Shown one piece after another: positions 40,578-52,215 of a stretch of DNA of 64,000 nucleotides. Position numbers and translations under genes: made by a program. The notes under the pieces were generated by a model, which made no database searches, had not been told where the DNA came from, and worked only from the letters and a program-made list of their open reading frames with translations. The stretch is taken from positions 44,116,569 to 44,180,568 of the forward strand of contig NC_069000.1 in NCBI RefSeq assembly GCF_001194135.2, given 5' to 3'. Numbering within the stretch: position 1 is the stretch's first letter; each line of letters begins with the position of its first letter. The DNA comes from Octopus bimaculoides (taxonomy: Eukaryota).

Positions 40578-40919
40578 CGTAATATATACCTCATTAAACC
40601 TCCATTTATCTACTGAACAACCCAACCTCTAATTCGTTCAACAGCAATAAATTACAAACACCATCTCTTGGATACACATTCACTGTACACTCTTCATCCA
40701 GCCAGCCATCCCCCCTCCCGTGTCTTTTTCTTCCTAAACCAAACTCTCTCTTTCTCTCTATCGCCCTCTCTCTTTGCACATACCAATGAATCTTACCAAT
40801 ATTACCTCTCTATTGGTTCATGTCCTTAGCACTCTTTTCATTACTCTCTCTTCATCCGAAAACAACCATTCGTCCTTCCATTCGCAGTAAAAACAACAAA
40901 AAACCAACACCTTCTTCAC

Positions 40920-41016
40920 CGTATGTGTATGTGTGTATATATACATACATATATAGATATACACACACACATATATATATATACATATATAGATATATAT
41001 ATACATATATAGATAT

Positions 41017-41047
<31 letters not shown>

Positions 41048-41205
41048 CATATATAGATATACACACACACACATATATATATATATATACATATATAGAT
41101 ATACACACACACATATATATATATATACATATATAGATATACACACATATATAGATATACACACATATATATACATATGTGTACACACATACATACATAC
41201 ATACA
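40920..41205. repeat. Compound higher-order microsatellite
   Basis: A unit of ATATAGATATAC(AC)n(AT)n repeats several times. Confidence 0.85.
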
Positions 41206-41649
41206 CGCACACATATCTTTCTTTATCTCATCTTTACTTCCCCTGCTAATTAAGTCTTCTGTTACTAATAATTTATGATTATATTAACATATACGGTAAC
41301 ACACACACACATTTATATATATGTACATATATATTCCTGTGCACACACATACATGTGTTTTGCGCACATACAAGACATTATGTAGGCATATACATACTCA
41401 CACACAAACATACATGTATGTATATGTATGTAAATGCACACACACACACACACACACATTTGTACAGAGGGCCTTCAACGATTTATGGAAATTGCTCCTT
41501 TTCATACTAAATACCCCCCCACACACACACACACACACAAACGCAGATGTACATATGTATAGCTGAGAAGCACATCCATCCACATAACCTAAAGAAAAGT
41601 TTCATGTTATTCTTCACAGCATACACACACACACACACACACATACATA

Positions 41650-41692
<43 letters not shown>

Positions 41693-41879
41693 TATACACA
41701 CTCATAAACCAAATGGTTTAGTTTAGATAATTATAATTCAAAATTAGAAAAAAATAAATATTTGTAATAAATCTCTGACTGATAAGAGTACATTCCCTGG
41801 AAATGTCAGACAGAAGAATGAACCATGACAATCTAGAATTCTTTATCCAAAGACCTCACCACCACATAATACCCTTTTC

Positions 41880-42000
41880 TCATGATCTCACGGGTTGGAC
41901 AGTTTGGCAGGAACTCTGTAAGCTGGAGAAGCTGCACCAGGCTCCAATGTTCTATTTTGGCAAGGTTTCTACAGCAGGATGCCCTTCCTAATCGCAACCA
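41880..42000 (-). mobile_element. Family C fragment
   Basis: GGGTTGGACAG..GCACCAGGCTCCAAT..TTTCTACAGCAGGATGCCCTTCCTAA. Confidence 0.7.
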
Positions 42001-42944
42001 TTCTACCAAAGCAGCAAATTTCTAGATTTTAGTAAAAACTCTTGATGTGACATACACTGAATGCCCCACCCTGTGCATCGACTTATGAGGGTTTCAGCTG
42101 GATTGTTCTTTTAAGACTTCATTCATTCATCAAGCATTGCTAATGTGTGTGTATACATTGCAGTTACTTGAAAAATTGTATATAAGCGAGAAACTGAGTA
42201 ACAATGGTGAAGTTACATGTTTTGACTACTTTTCCCCACCCCTTTATAAAGCATTCACACACACACACACACACAGTTCAAAATTATACAAAAAGATTGA
42301 AAGACAGACAGATGAGGGAACAACAAACAAGATGTATTAGTTTGACGTTGAGGGGGTATGGGAGAGTTTTTGATGTTTCGAACCTATGCTCTTCTACACA
42401 AACGAATGAGGCGAGAAAACAGATGGAGAGATATATCATCATCGTTGTCATTCTTTAACATCCCCTTTTCCATGTATGGCTCAGAGTTTATTGAGGCAGA
42501 TTTTCTCTGGCCACATGCCCTTTCTGTCACCAACCCTCCCTTGTGTAAACACCTCGTGTTTACACAAACAAAAGTAGAGAACTCAATACTGGGGAAGAAT
42601 AAAATATGTTTATGTTTAGATGAAGATTACTCATCTGATGATAATAATAATCTTTTTTCTTGGGGTCAGGTGGAGGGGTGGGGCAAAAAACACCGACATA
42701 TTTGATGTGTGTGCCAGCATTACGTATATATACTTACACATATGGATGAACGATGTTTACACAGTGCATGTATTTGTGTAAATTATGTATAAATGTGCGC
42801 ACACATGTGTGAATGTATGTGTGTGTGCGTGTGTGTGTGTATCACACACACCTGTCTCCCATTAAAATCATCTAACACGCTCAAACACACATAATTACAT
42901 CACACACTATTTAGCATCTTCCCAAAATGAATGGCGAGAGGAAG

Positions 42945-42960
42945 TGCTACTGCTGCTGCT

Positions 42961-43000
<40 letters not shown>

Positions 43001-43097
43001 TAGTGGTAATAGTAGTAGTGGTAATAGTAGTAGTGGTAATAGTAGTAGTGGTAATAGTAGTAGTGGTAATAGTAGTAGTAGTAGCAGCAGCAACAGC
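42945..43097. repeat. Compound trinucleotide array (CTG)/(CAG)/(TAG) with five 15-bp units
   Basis: GTAATAGTAGTAGTG x5 at 43006-43080 (the last unit has one change). Confidence 0.95.
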
Positions 43098-43731
43098 ATG
43101 GCCGACAACTGGGATATATGAACGGCTGAAGAAAGGAGATATTAAAATTAGAATGTAGATCTGGAAAGACAGGTTGTCGGGGGTGGGGGAAGAGGAGAGA
43201 GAGGGGGGATAGGAGAAAGAGAAAGACAAACAAAATAGGAAAGAGGACATGGGGGAAATGGAGAAATAGAATTGCATATCTAATAAGGAGAAAAGAGAGG
43301 ATTAAAAGAAGAAAAAAATGAGNNNNNNNNNNGGAATAAACGAAGAAGGGGGGAGGGGAGAAAAAGAAAGGAAGAGGAAATGAAAGCAGACACCAAAGGA
43401 CAGCTTTTCAGGTCTTCAAATAATTAATTCCGAGCACGTGCCATTCTGTTAAGGCTGCTGGCTGTAATGACGATGGTAATTAAATGTATGTTATACATAC
43501 ACACATACATACATACGTATATTACATACATGTGTGCGTGCATGCGTGTGATGTATGTACATAAAATACACAGGAAAACACACACACACACATCCATTGA
43601 TATACATACATACGCAAATTATGTATGCATATAGAAACAATACATACATATAAACCCCCACTTGTCTGTTTGTGTGTATGTATATATATATATATATATA
43701 TATACAGAGAGAGAGAGAGGAAAGAGAGAGC

Positions 43732-43763
<32 letters not shown>

Positions 43764-43934
43764 AAGAAAGAGAGGGGAGGGAGAGAGAGAGGGAGAGAGG
43801 GAGATATACACATACATAACGTAAAGTAACATACGCATTCACATAACTACCATGTATCCCCCCACACGTTACATTATACACACACACATATATATATTCA
43901 CATACATACATGAGTGATAGAGATGCATTAACTA

Positions 43935-43936
<2 letters not shown>

Positions 43937-44030
<94 letters not shown>

Positions 44031-44034
44031 GAGA
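43937..44034. repeat. (GA)n microsatellite
   Basis: Read directly from the sequence. Confidence 0.95.
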
Positions 44035-44052
44035 ACATCCGGCTGGTAGTCA

Positions 44053-44150
44053 ATGAGTCCAGCCCACCTACCAGCCCAGCTTTTCTTGCCAAATCAGCCA
44101 GCCAGCCTTGCCTTGCCGAGGCAACAAGTTGGCTTGGCTTCAGCCGCAAG
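44053..44150 (+). CDS. Candidate exon, unknown product
   Basis: Strong donor AAG|GTGAGA at 44151. Two open frames precede it: MSPAHLPAQLFLPNQPASLALPRQQVGLASAA, or from 44034 NIRLVVNESSPPTSPAFLAKSASQPCLAEATSWLGFSRK. Confidence 0.25.
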
Positions 44151-44514
44151 GTGAGATAAAAAGGTAGGTTTTAAGGCTGGCTTAAAGCGTCATTTCAAAC
44201 AAACAAACCTATGATAATCTTACTTATACAATGTAGCAGCCAAAGAGAAACTATAGTGTTTAGAACATTCTAGAAAGACTACAACAGTTGAGGTGTAAGA
44301 GTGTGGTGTAGGAGACGGGGGTGGATATACATGTAGATAGATAGACGGATGGATGGAGGTGAAGGAATATACTCGAAAGCTAAGTAGAAACAAAACACAG
44401 GAAAAATGTGTATTTAGATATGGGCGTAGATACACACAAAGTAAGCATATAAATGCAAGGCAAGGTAGAAAGAAAATAGTACTCGAATACCAAAGGTAGA
44501 GTAACATGCTTTTA

Positions 44515-44642
44515 TTAAATTAACTGCAAAAATTTTCCCAAAACTGTTACCCAGAGTTTCACGTTCCCATTCATCGGACAGTTGTAAATGGGAACATGGA
44601 AACTGAGCAACAGGTTTGTGAAAATTTCGCAGCTTTAATTAA
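44515..44642. repeat. Degenerate fold-back element
   Basis: Arms of about 56 bp at 44515-44571 and 44587-44642 are complementary with several mismatches and indels, around a 15-nt loop. Confidence 0.8.
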
Positions 44643-44735
44643 AACATAATAATAATAACAACAACAACAGTAACAATCATTAATGATTTTTACCAGCGCG
44701 GAAATAAAACCTCGTAGGTAAATTTTATAAATATT

Positions 44736-44759
44736 TTATAATTATGTACATAATTATAA
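44736..44759. repeat. Perfect 24-bp palindrome
   Basis: TTATAATTATGTACATAATTATAA is its own reverse complement. Confidence 0.95.
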
Positions 44760-44765
44760 CAAGGG

Positions 44766-45035
44766 CTTGGTCGAGCTTACGATCACGAGGTTGCGAGTTC
44801 GATTCGCGGACCGGGCTGCGTGTTGTGTTCTTGAGCAAGACACTTTAGATAATTCAGCTGTCGAAATGAGTTGCGACATCACTGGTGCCAAGATGTATTG
44901 GCCCCTTTGCCTTTCCCTTGGATAACATCAGTGGAGGCATGGGCGACTGTTGGCCTTCCACAAACAGCCTTATCCGGACTTGTGCCACGGAGGGTAACTT
45001 TCTAGGTGCAATCCCATGGTCATTCATGGCCATTC
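44766..45035 (+). mobile_element. tRNA-derived SINE, family F
   Basis: tRNA-like head ACGATCACGAGGTTGCGAGTTCGATTCGCGG (B box) is followed by TTCTTGAGCAAGACACTTT, a motif typical of SINE central domains. Only one copy is seen here. Confidence 0.65.
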
Positions 45036-45608
45036 ACATAAATCTACATATGACAGTACTCCATCCATTTTAAGGCAGTAGAATTCCAGAACGGTTAGGG
45101 AGGGGTCGGGCGAAAATGCTTTACAGTTCCATTATTTTTAAATACTTTCCGAACTCCAGTTCAAATCCCGTCGGAGCCAACAGTTTTGCTTTTCATTTTT
45201 CTGCAGGCAAGGNNNNNNNNNNNNNNNNNNNNNNNNNNNNNNNNNNNNNNNNNNNNNNNNNNNNNNNNNNNNNNNNNNNNNNNNNNNNNNNNNNNNNNNN
45301 NNNNNNNNNNNNNNNNNNNNNNNNNNNNNNNNNNNNNNNNNNNNNNNNNNNNNNNNNNNNNNNNNNNNNNNNNNNNNNNNNNNNNNNNNNNNNNNNNNNN
45401 NNNNNNNNNNNNNNNNNNNNNNNNNNNNNNNNNNNNNNNNNNNNNNNNNNNNNNNNNNNNNNNNNNNNNNNNNNNNNNNNNNNNNNNNNNNNNNNNNNNN
45501 NNNNNNNNNNNNNNNNNNNNNNNNNNNACAACCATGTTACTGTTGTCATGCTGATTCCGATCGCGTTAAGGATACAGGTGACATTTCAGTGTATAATACG
45601 ACAGTATG

Positions 45609-45870
45609 TACTTGTTTCAGTCTTTTCCTGAACCGCTCAGTTAAAGAGACAGAAACACACCAACATCGGTTGTCAAGCGGTGGTGAGAGGACAAAGACAG
45701 ACAGACAGACAGACATATATATATGTCTTTCAGTTTCCATCAATTAAATTGACGCACAAGGCTTTTGCCAACCCGAGACTAAAGAAGACGCTTGCCCAAA
45801 ATGCCATGCAGTGGGACTGAACCTAGAACCATGTGGTTGGGAAGCAAACTTCTTACAACACAGCCACGCC
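45609..45870 (-). mobile_element. SINE family B with internal deletion
   Basis: TACTTGTTTCAGTC..GACGCTTGCCCAAAATGCCATGCAGTGGGACTGAACC. Confidence 0.85.
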
Positions 45871-46220
45871 TAATGACAAAATTTTTATTTAATTCTTCGC
45901 TATTTTCGAAAGGCAGTTATATGTACCTGAAAGCACATCATCCAACGTATTTTATAAAAGTCATATATATATATATTTCATACATAGAAGTATACTACGT
46001 GTCGTCTGCTATTTCTAGCAGGAAAAGCGATCGCTTAGTAATTGCCTTTCACGCTGGCAAAGATTGAACGATGACGGCGATGATGATGGATCATTTTGAC
46101 AGTGATGTCCAACAACTGTTGAAACTGAAATTAGCATAATTACTGTGCGGACATGCAAAGTGCATACACGCAAGTATAGAGTCTTAATAATGTCACAAAA
46201 CTTTACGAGTATATTATTAA

Positions 46221-46405
46221 ACCTTTCTACTATAGGCACAATGCCTGACAATTTGGGGGGAAGGGGACCTGTCGATTACATCAACCCCGAAAGGATGAAA
46301 GGCAAAGTCGACCCCGGCGGCATTTGAACTCAGAATATGATGACAGACGAAATATCGCTAAGCATTTCAGCCGGTGTGCTAATGGTTCTGCCAGCTCACC
46401 GCCTT
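46221..46405 (-). mobile_element. SINE family A, CpG-intact
   Basis: AAAGTCGACCCCGGCGGCATTTGAACTCAG..CCAGCTCACCGCCTT. Confidence 0.9.
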
Positions 46406-48290
46406 ATCACTGTACTGGTTCGAGACGCGTGCAATGCCTGTCCGAGACACGAGCAGGACGATGAAATCTTGCTTGCATTTTTTCGGTACCCCTTGCAGGG
46501 TTTTGTTAAACAACAATTGTCGCGCGAAGGGCGGAATCCGACGATCGGCCTAGTCCACCGTGGAGATCGTTCCGCCGTATTCTTTTAGTCAGGAAAAGGG
46601 CAGGCAGTTTTCTTTTAGTTTGGTGGAGAAACAGGGAGAAACAGATGTGATGGGCGTGACCGAAAACTCTAAAGATAAACTTAACCGGGTGATGGATATC
46701 ATTGCATCGCCCGCTTTAACATCCACTACCTGACACCACTGTGGGGTACCTTAAAGAAATTTCAACTTTGCTGTAAACATTTGAGCAAGATCTCCAAACT
46801 GAAGATATCTTCAGCTCTCCCTCTAACCCCTTGCAAAGGTCCCGAGAAAATTTATAGACACTGCCTTCCCGTCTTCGGTCAAATCCTCATCAATTTTTTA
46901 AAGTTCCAGTTAGAGAAGGTGGTGAGAATGAAATAAAGTTAAATATATCGAGAGGCTGTTGATACTGTCATGAACGTGCCTCAAATGAAAGGGCCCTNNN
47001 NNNNNNNNNNNNNNNNNNNNNNNNNNNNNNNNNNNNNNNNNNNNNNNNNNNNNNNNNNNNNNNNNNNNNNNNNNNNNNNNNNNNNNNNNNNNNNNNNNNN
47101 NNNNNNNNNNNNNNNNNNNNNNNNNNNNNNNNNNNNNNNNNNNNNNNNNNNNNNNNNNNNNNNNNNNNNNNNNNNNNNNNNNNNNNNNNNNNNNNNNNNN
47201 NNNNNNNNNNNNNNNNNNNNNNNNNNNNNNNNNNNNNNNNNNNNNNNNNNNNNNNNNNNNNNNNNNNNNNNNNNNNNNNNNNNNNNNNNNNNNNNNNNNN
47301 NNNNNNNNNNNNNNNNNNNNNNNNNNNNNNNNNNNNNNNNNNNNNNNNNNNNNNNNNNNNNNNNNNNNNNNNNNNNNNNNNNNNNNNNNNNNNNNNNNNN
47401 NNNNNNNNNNNNNNNNNNNNNNNNNNNNNNNNNNNNNNNNNNNNNNNNNNNNNNNNNNNNNNNNNNNNNNNNNNNNNNNNNNNNNNNNNNNNNNNNNNNN
47501 NNNNNNNNNNNNNNNNNNNNNNNNNNNNNNNNNNNNNNNNNNNNNNNNNNNNNNNNNNNNNNNNNNNNNNNNNNNNNNNNNNNNNNNNNNNNNNNNNNNN
47601 NNNNNNNGGGGGGGGGGTAGCATTTAGGTTAGGGATAGAACGTAATAGTTGTACTACTACTACTACTACTACTAGTAGTAGTAGTAGTAGTAGTAGAAGA
47701 GGGGGAATTTTTGACGTAGAATTGAGAGACAGGTAATAGATGTTGTGCGGCCGCAGTAGTAGTTGTAATGGTTGTGGTGTGACAGGAATAATAGCAGCGG
47801 TTGAAGTGTGACATTAGTGGTGGTGGTGGTGGTCGTGTGGACTGGTGTGACAGCAGCCGAGGTGCGACCGTAGTAGTAGCAGCAGCAACCACCGCAGCAG
47901 TACCATTCTAATCCAGTCCCATCGCATTCTTAGATGCATCAAGATAAGGATTTTTTTATAATATTCCCGTTTAGATTTCCTTTCCCGAGCGTCTAATAAC
48001 ACTATCCGTATCACGTCCTCACGTCGTTGTTTTCTGTCTTTTTTTTTAACTATATATATACATATATATATATATACATATATATNNNNNNNNNNNNNNN
48101 NNNNNNNNNNNNNNNNNNNNNNNNNNNNNNNNNNNNNNNNNNNNNNNNNNNNNNNNNNNNNNNNNNNNNNNNNNNNNNNNNNNNNNNNNNNNNNNNNNNN
48201 NNNNNNNNNNNNNNNNNNNNNNNNNNNNNNNNNATATATATATATATATATATATATAGTGTGTGTGTGTGTGTGTTTCCTATTTATTTT

Positions 48291-48611
48291 TATCTTTTAC
48301 TTGTTTCAGACTGCAGCCATACTGGGGCACTGATTTGAAGAATTTAGTCGAACGAATCGACTCCAGTCCATTTTTTTTTAAAGCTTGTACTTATATCAGT
48401 CATTTTTGCTGAACCGCTACATTACGAGGACATAAACAACAACAACACCGGTAGGAGACAAACACACACACACGCGACAGGCTTCTTTCAGTTTCCATCT
48501 ACCAAACTGGCCTGAGACTATAGTTGAAGACACTTGCGCAAGGTGTCACACAGTAGCATTGAATTCGGAACCATGTGGTTGGAAAGCAACTTCTTACCAC
48601 ACAGACACGCC
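48291..48611 (-). mobile_element. SINE family B
   Basis: All blocks are present, with many CpGs retained. Confidence 0.9.
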
Positions 48612-48869
48612 TCTCTGTGTGTGCGTGTGTGTGTGTAACATTGTTACATTGTGCCTGTGCATCTACTCGTCTGTGGCTTAGTTTAGCAATCTCCAAGAAT
48701 ATTCGTTGTTAATTAATGTTAATTAAGCTCTGTGGATTCCATTACCGTTTTGTTTCATACAAGATATTTTAACCAGTGACATTTTGTAGCCAGGGGGACA
48801 TTGCACCATCTCCAAAGTACATAGACAAGCAACTACACAACCCATACATCAAATATATACCGTATGAAT

Positions 48870-49062
48870 CAGGGGTTCCCAACCAATTTTTGTCTATGGG
48901 CCCCTTAGATTTCTATTTTACTCAAATAGACCCACCATAGCCCTTTAATTTTTCCTAATCCCATTATAGTTTTACGTTTTGTGTATCGTAGAAGTACAAC
49001 CAAAACAGCTAAATCTTATACGAACCTCCAAGAGGTATGTGGAGCCTGGTTGAGAACCTCTA
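48870..49062. mobile_element. hAT-type MITE
   Basis: Terminal inverted repeats AGGGGTTCCCAACCA / TGGTTGAGAACCTCT (13/15 match). Internal similarity to 57895-58130. Confidence 0.75.
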
Positions 49063-49086
49063 GTACAATGGTTCCCAACCTTTCCG

Positions 49087-49308
49087 CAGTGGTTCTCAAC
49101 CCTTTTATTTAAATGAGTTTTCCCCACAGGCCCCTTTTTAATATGCTTACCATTACGTGTGTGTGTGTGTGTGTATATGTGTATATCCTATGTGTATGTA
49201 TGTATATATATATATATACACACACACACACAAGAAATTTTTAATTTAGTTCATGGACCCCCTTTGCAGACCACCAAGGGTCTGCAGACCACAGGCTGGG
49301 AACCACTA
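49087..49308. mobile_element. hAT-type MITE with internal microsatellite
   Basis: CAGTGGTTCTCAACC ... AGGCTGGGAACCACT, with a subterminal GGGTCTGCAGACCAC. Confidence 0.7.
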
Positions 49309-49571
49309 CTCTAATATGAATCAAACACATACTCCTTATGGAACAGACAAGCAGGTCATAAGGATTTCTTTAAAAAAATAAAAAATAAACACAAAAATGA
49401 GTCATACCACACTGCAAACTACTACTACTACTACTACTACTAATAATAATAATAATAATAATGGTTCTTCCTATAGGCACAAGGCCTTACATTTTACAGG
49501 CAGATGTGCTTGTCTTACAGGAACCCCAGTGCTCAACAGGTACTTATTAACTCCCAACTATGCGCTAAGAA

Positions 49572-49740
49572 CAGGTGCAGTCATGGCTGTGTGGTTAAGA
49601 AGTTTCTCTCCCAACCATGTGGTTTCAGGTTCAGTCCCACTGTGTGGCACCTTGTGTGAGTGGGTCTTTTACTATATATAGCCCTGGGTCAACCAAAGCT
49701 TTTATGTGTGGATTTTGTAGATGGAAACTGAAAGAAACCT
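49572..49740 (+). mobile_element. SINE family B, 5' half
   Basis: GGCTGTGTGGTTAAGAAG..GGTTCAGTCCCACTGTGTGGCACCTTG. Confidence 0.85.
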
Positions 49741-50104
49741 ATCATACATGTATGTAAATGTGTGTTTGTTTACATTTTTGCCTCACCAAAATTAACCGAG
49801 CTGCTGGCTGTGATGTCAACTGGATGTTAGCTTAGCATCTTCAAAGTCAAGTGGAATAAGATATGCCTTACTTGAGAGATAGGTGTTCATTGACAGGCAG
49901 GGCATTCAGGAGTAAAAACAATGCCTTAAATCATGTGTTTGTCTAACCCATGCTACAAAATGTAAACCTGAGAACAAGCTACAAATGGCCCATGTGATTT
50001 ATAAATTTTTATTGTGAAAGTGAAAGTTGTAAACTTCATGACTGCTACTGTTACATTGATTGTACAACACATTTTCAGAATTGCACCATAGAGCAATTGC
50101 AATA

Positions 50105-50331
50105 CAATAATCCCTCAACTATCGCAGGTGTTATGTTCCAAAACCCACTGCGATAGATGAAAATCCGAAGTAGTGACAGTGATGTACTGTATATTTTTTT
50201 CTACTATTCTTATAATTTGTTTATATATATATATATATTATTATGAATGCAAAACAACACCACAGAGGAATTAACGAAAGCTTAAATAATAAAGTGTGAT
50301 TGGTGAACCACGACATAGCAAGGGATTACTG
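50105..50331. mobile_element. Tc1/mariner-pogo (Tigger-like) MITE
   Basis: TA|CAATAATCCCTC ... AAGGGATTACTG|TA, with a TA target duplication at 50103-50104 and 50332-50333. Confidence 0.8.
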
Positions 50332-50479
50332 TACACTATACTATACAATAAACTAATGTAAATTAGATACAAAAAATCTATATAAAACATCACAGAAAAA
50401 TTAGATGATTGATAAGGAAAATATTTTTAAACACAGCACAATGCTAAAATAAACACACATACAAAGTAAATATGACTTA

Positions 50480-50745
50480 TGGACTTATGATGAATGATGA
50501 TGATGAATTGCAGGATCAAATCTCAAAATTGGAAACAACTGAGTGCATAAACATTTGCCTGGTGATGAGGCAAGTATGCATTGCCAAGTATCAGTTTATG
50601 TCCTGAAGATGAGCCTGTGAAAGTCTAGAAAGGCTGATGATTGCAATAGATTTAGGGATTTTATTACTTTGGATAAAGAAAAAAACCGTGTTGAGAATGT
50701 TAAAGCTACCACAGTTGAGAACTCAATACATTTAAAATTATATGT
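50480..50745 (+). mobile_element. Possible pogo/Tigger transposase C-terminal relic
   Basis: Broken frames DDDELQ..EDEPVK..RFRDFITLDKEKNRVENVKATTVENSIHLKLY resemble pogo C-termini only loosely. It lies next to a Tigger-like MITE. Confidence 0.25.
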
Positions 50746-52029
50746 GTATGTATATCTATACACATGCACACACATATATATATATATATTACACACACAC
50801 ACACACACATGTGTACACATTGATATATTTCTATACACATACATATATCCACATGGATATGTTATAATGTAGTGTCAACGTGGGATGTTTAATACAATTT
50901 TTTTTTTGCGTGTGTGTGTAATGAAGAAAGCAACTTTTAACTAAACATAAGGTTGGCCTTGTAAGTGCCTTGTAAGATAATTTAGGGATAAAGAAACTGT
51001 TGAACCACAGCTGGAACGATTCCAGTGCTGATGGTTTACCCTCGTCACAGCATAAAACTGATTCTGCCTAAAGATTACAATATGGATACCAGGATCTGCT
51101 GCATATAAACACAATAATCCATCATGTATATAGTTTCACAGATCAAACGACTTTAACACTCGTATGTCGAAATCTACAAGGAAATCTGTATATAAATGTG
51201 TTTTCTAAGGCTACATACTGTGTCTCAAGTGCTTTAGATTGAAGCTGCATTGATTAAATAAATAACAAAGTAGGCAATGGAAACAAATAGTAGAAGATAA
51301 GGCATTCAAAGATAAGAAAGACTAACAAGATCTGTGTAAGATCTACATAAGGAAAATAAATTATAAGACTACAAGATATCCAAAACACAAATACATACGT
51401 GAAAGAGAGTTGTGGTCATTTTTAGAGCTTGTTTGTTTTAAGTACTATCTCGTATCAGGCTGATTATTATTGCACTGCTGTGTATTGTAATGTTTGTCTA
51501 CATCTGTCCCTGTGGTAAAAATTAGCAATACAACAATATCGGGAATGATAGAACGATAGCCTTTCTCAAAATTTGATTTGTGCCCACAAAAGAAATCATA
51601 ATTATATTTACATTTCGGAGTTGTACTTGTGTAGGAAATGACTTCATCTGTGACAATGTGAAGACATGAAGCAATTTGGAGTGGTGGACTCAGTCATTTA
51701 AGTCACCAAAACACACACAAAAAGAAAAAAACAACACCTTCTCCTGCTAAATTCAGTTTTTACCATGTTTTATGAGGTATTAAAGTATCCAGAGACCACA
51801 TCATTGATAGAGTACCTCTGCAATTTCATTGCTAGCAGAAATGTTAAATTGTCCAACAAAATGCTTTCTGGATCTTTACCTTTTGAGATCAAATCCCACC
51901 AAGGTCAATGTTGCCTTTCATCCTTTTAAAGTTGATGCTATGATCTAAACCCTGGGCTTCAAACTGTCAGCATTATTCCTAAATCACAAACAATTATTAT
52001 TATTATTATTATTATTGTTATTACCATTA

Positions 52030-52208
52030 TTATTGAATTGTTAGAGCATTGGACAAACTGCTTAGCAGAATCTCTGCTGGCTCTTTATGTTCCGAGTTCA
52101 AATTCTGCCAACATCAACTTCGCCTTTCATGGTCAATAAAATAAAGTACCAGTCAAGTACTAACATCAGTGTAATCAACTTGCCTCCTCCCCTCACAATT
52201 GCTGGCCT
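52030..52208 (+). mobile_element. SINE family A
   Basis: GAATTGTTAGAGC..GAGTTCAAATTCTGCC..AAAGTACCAG. Confidence 0.75.
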
Positions 52209-52215
52209 TATTATT

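Larger units (their letters stand above)
44760..48620. promoter_or_regulatory. CpG-retaining zone (possible unmethylated/promoter domain)
   Basis: CG dinucleotides are visibly frequent in both unique sequence and SINE copies, unlike most of the window. Confidence 0.35.

Noticed and set aside
44775-44815. tRNA gene
   Set aside because: Only a B-box/T-arm-like segment is present, with no full cloverleaf, and it continues into a SINE body. The same applies to the family A and B heads.
46740-46900. CR1-type RT motif on the minus strand (EDGKAVSINFLGTFA..GTPQ)
   Set aside because: The spacing between the two motifs is about 120 nt versus roughly 185 expected, and the key aspartates are absent.
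632-49740. Orientation bias of SINE family B as a clue to host-gene strand
   Set aside because: Once degraded fragments are counted, plus and minus copies are roughly balanced.
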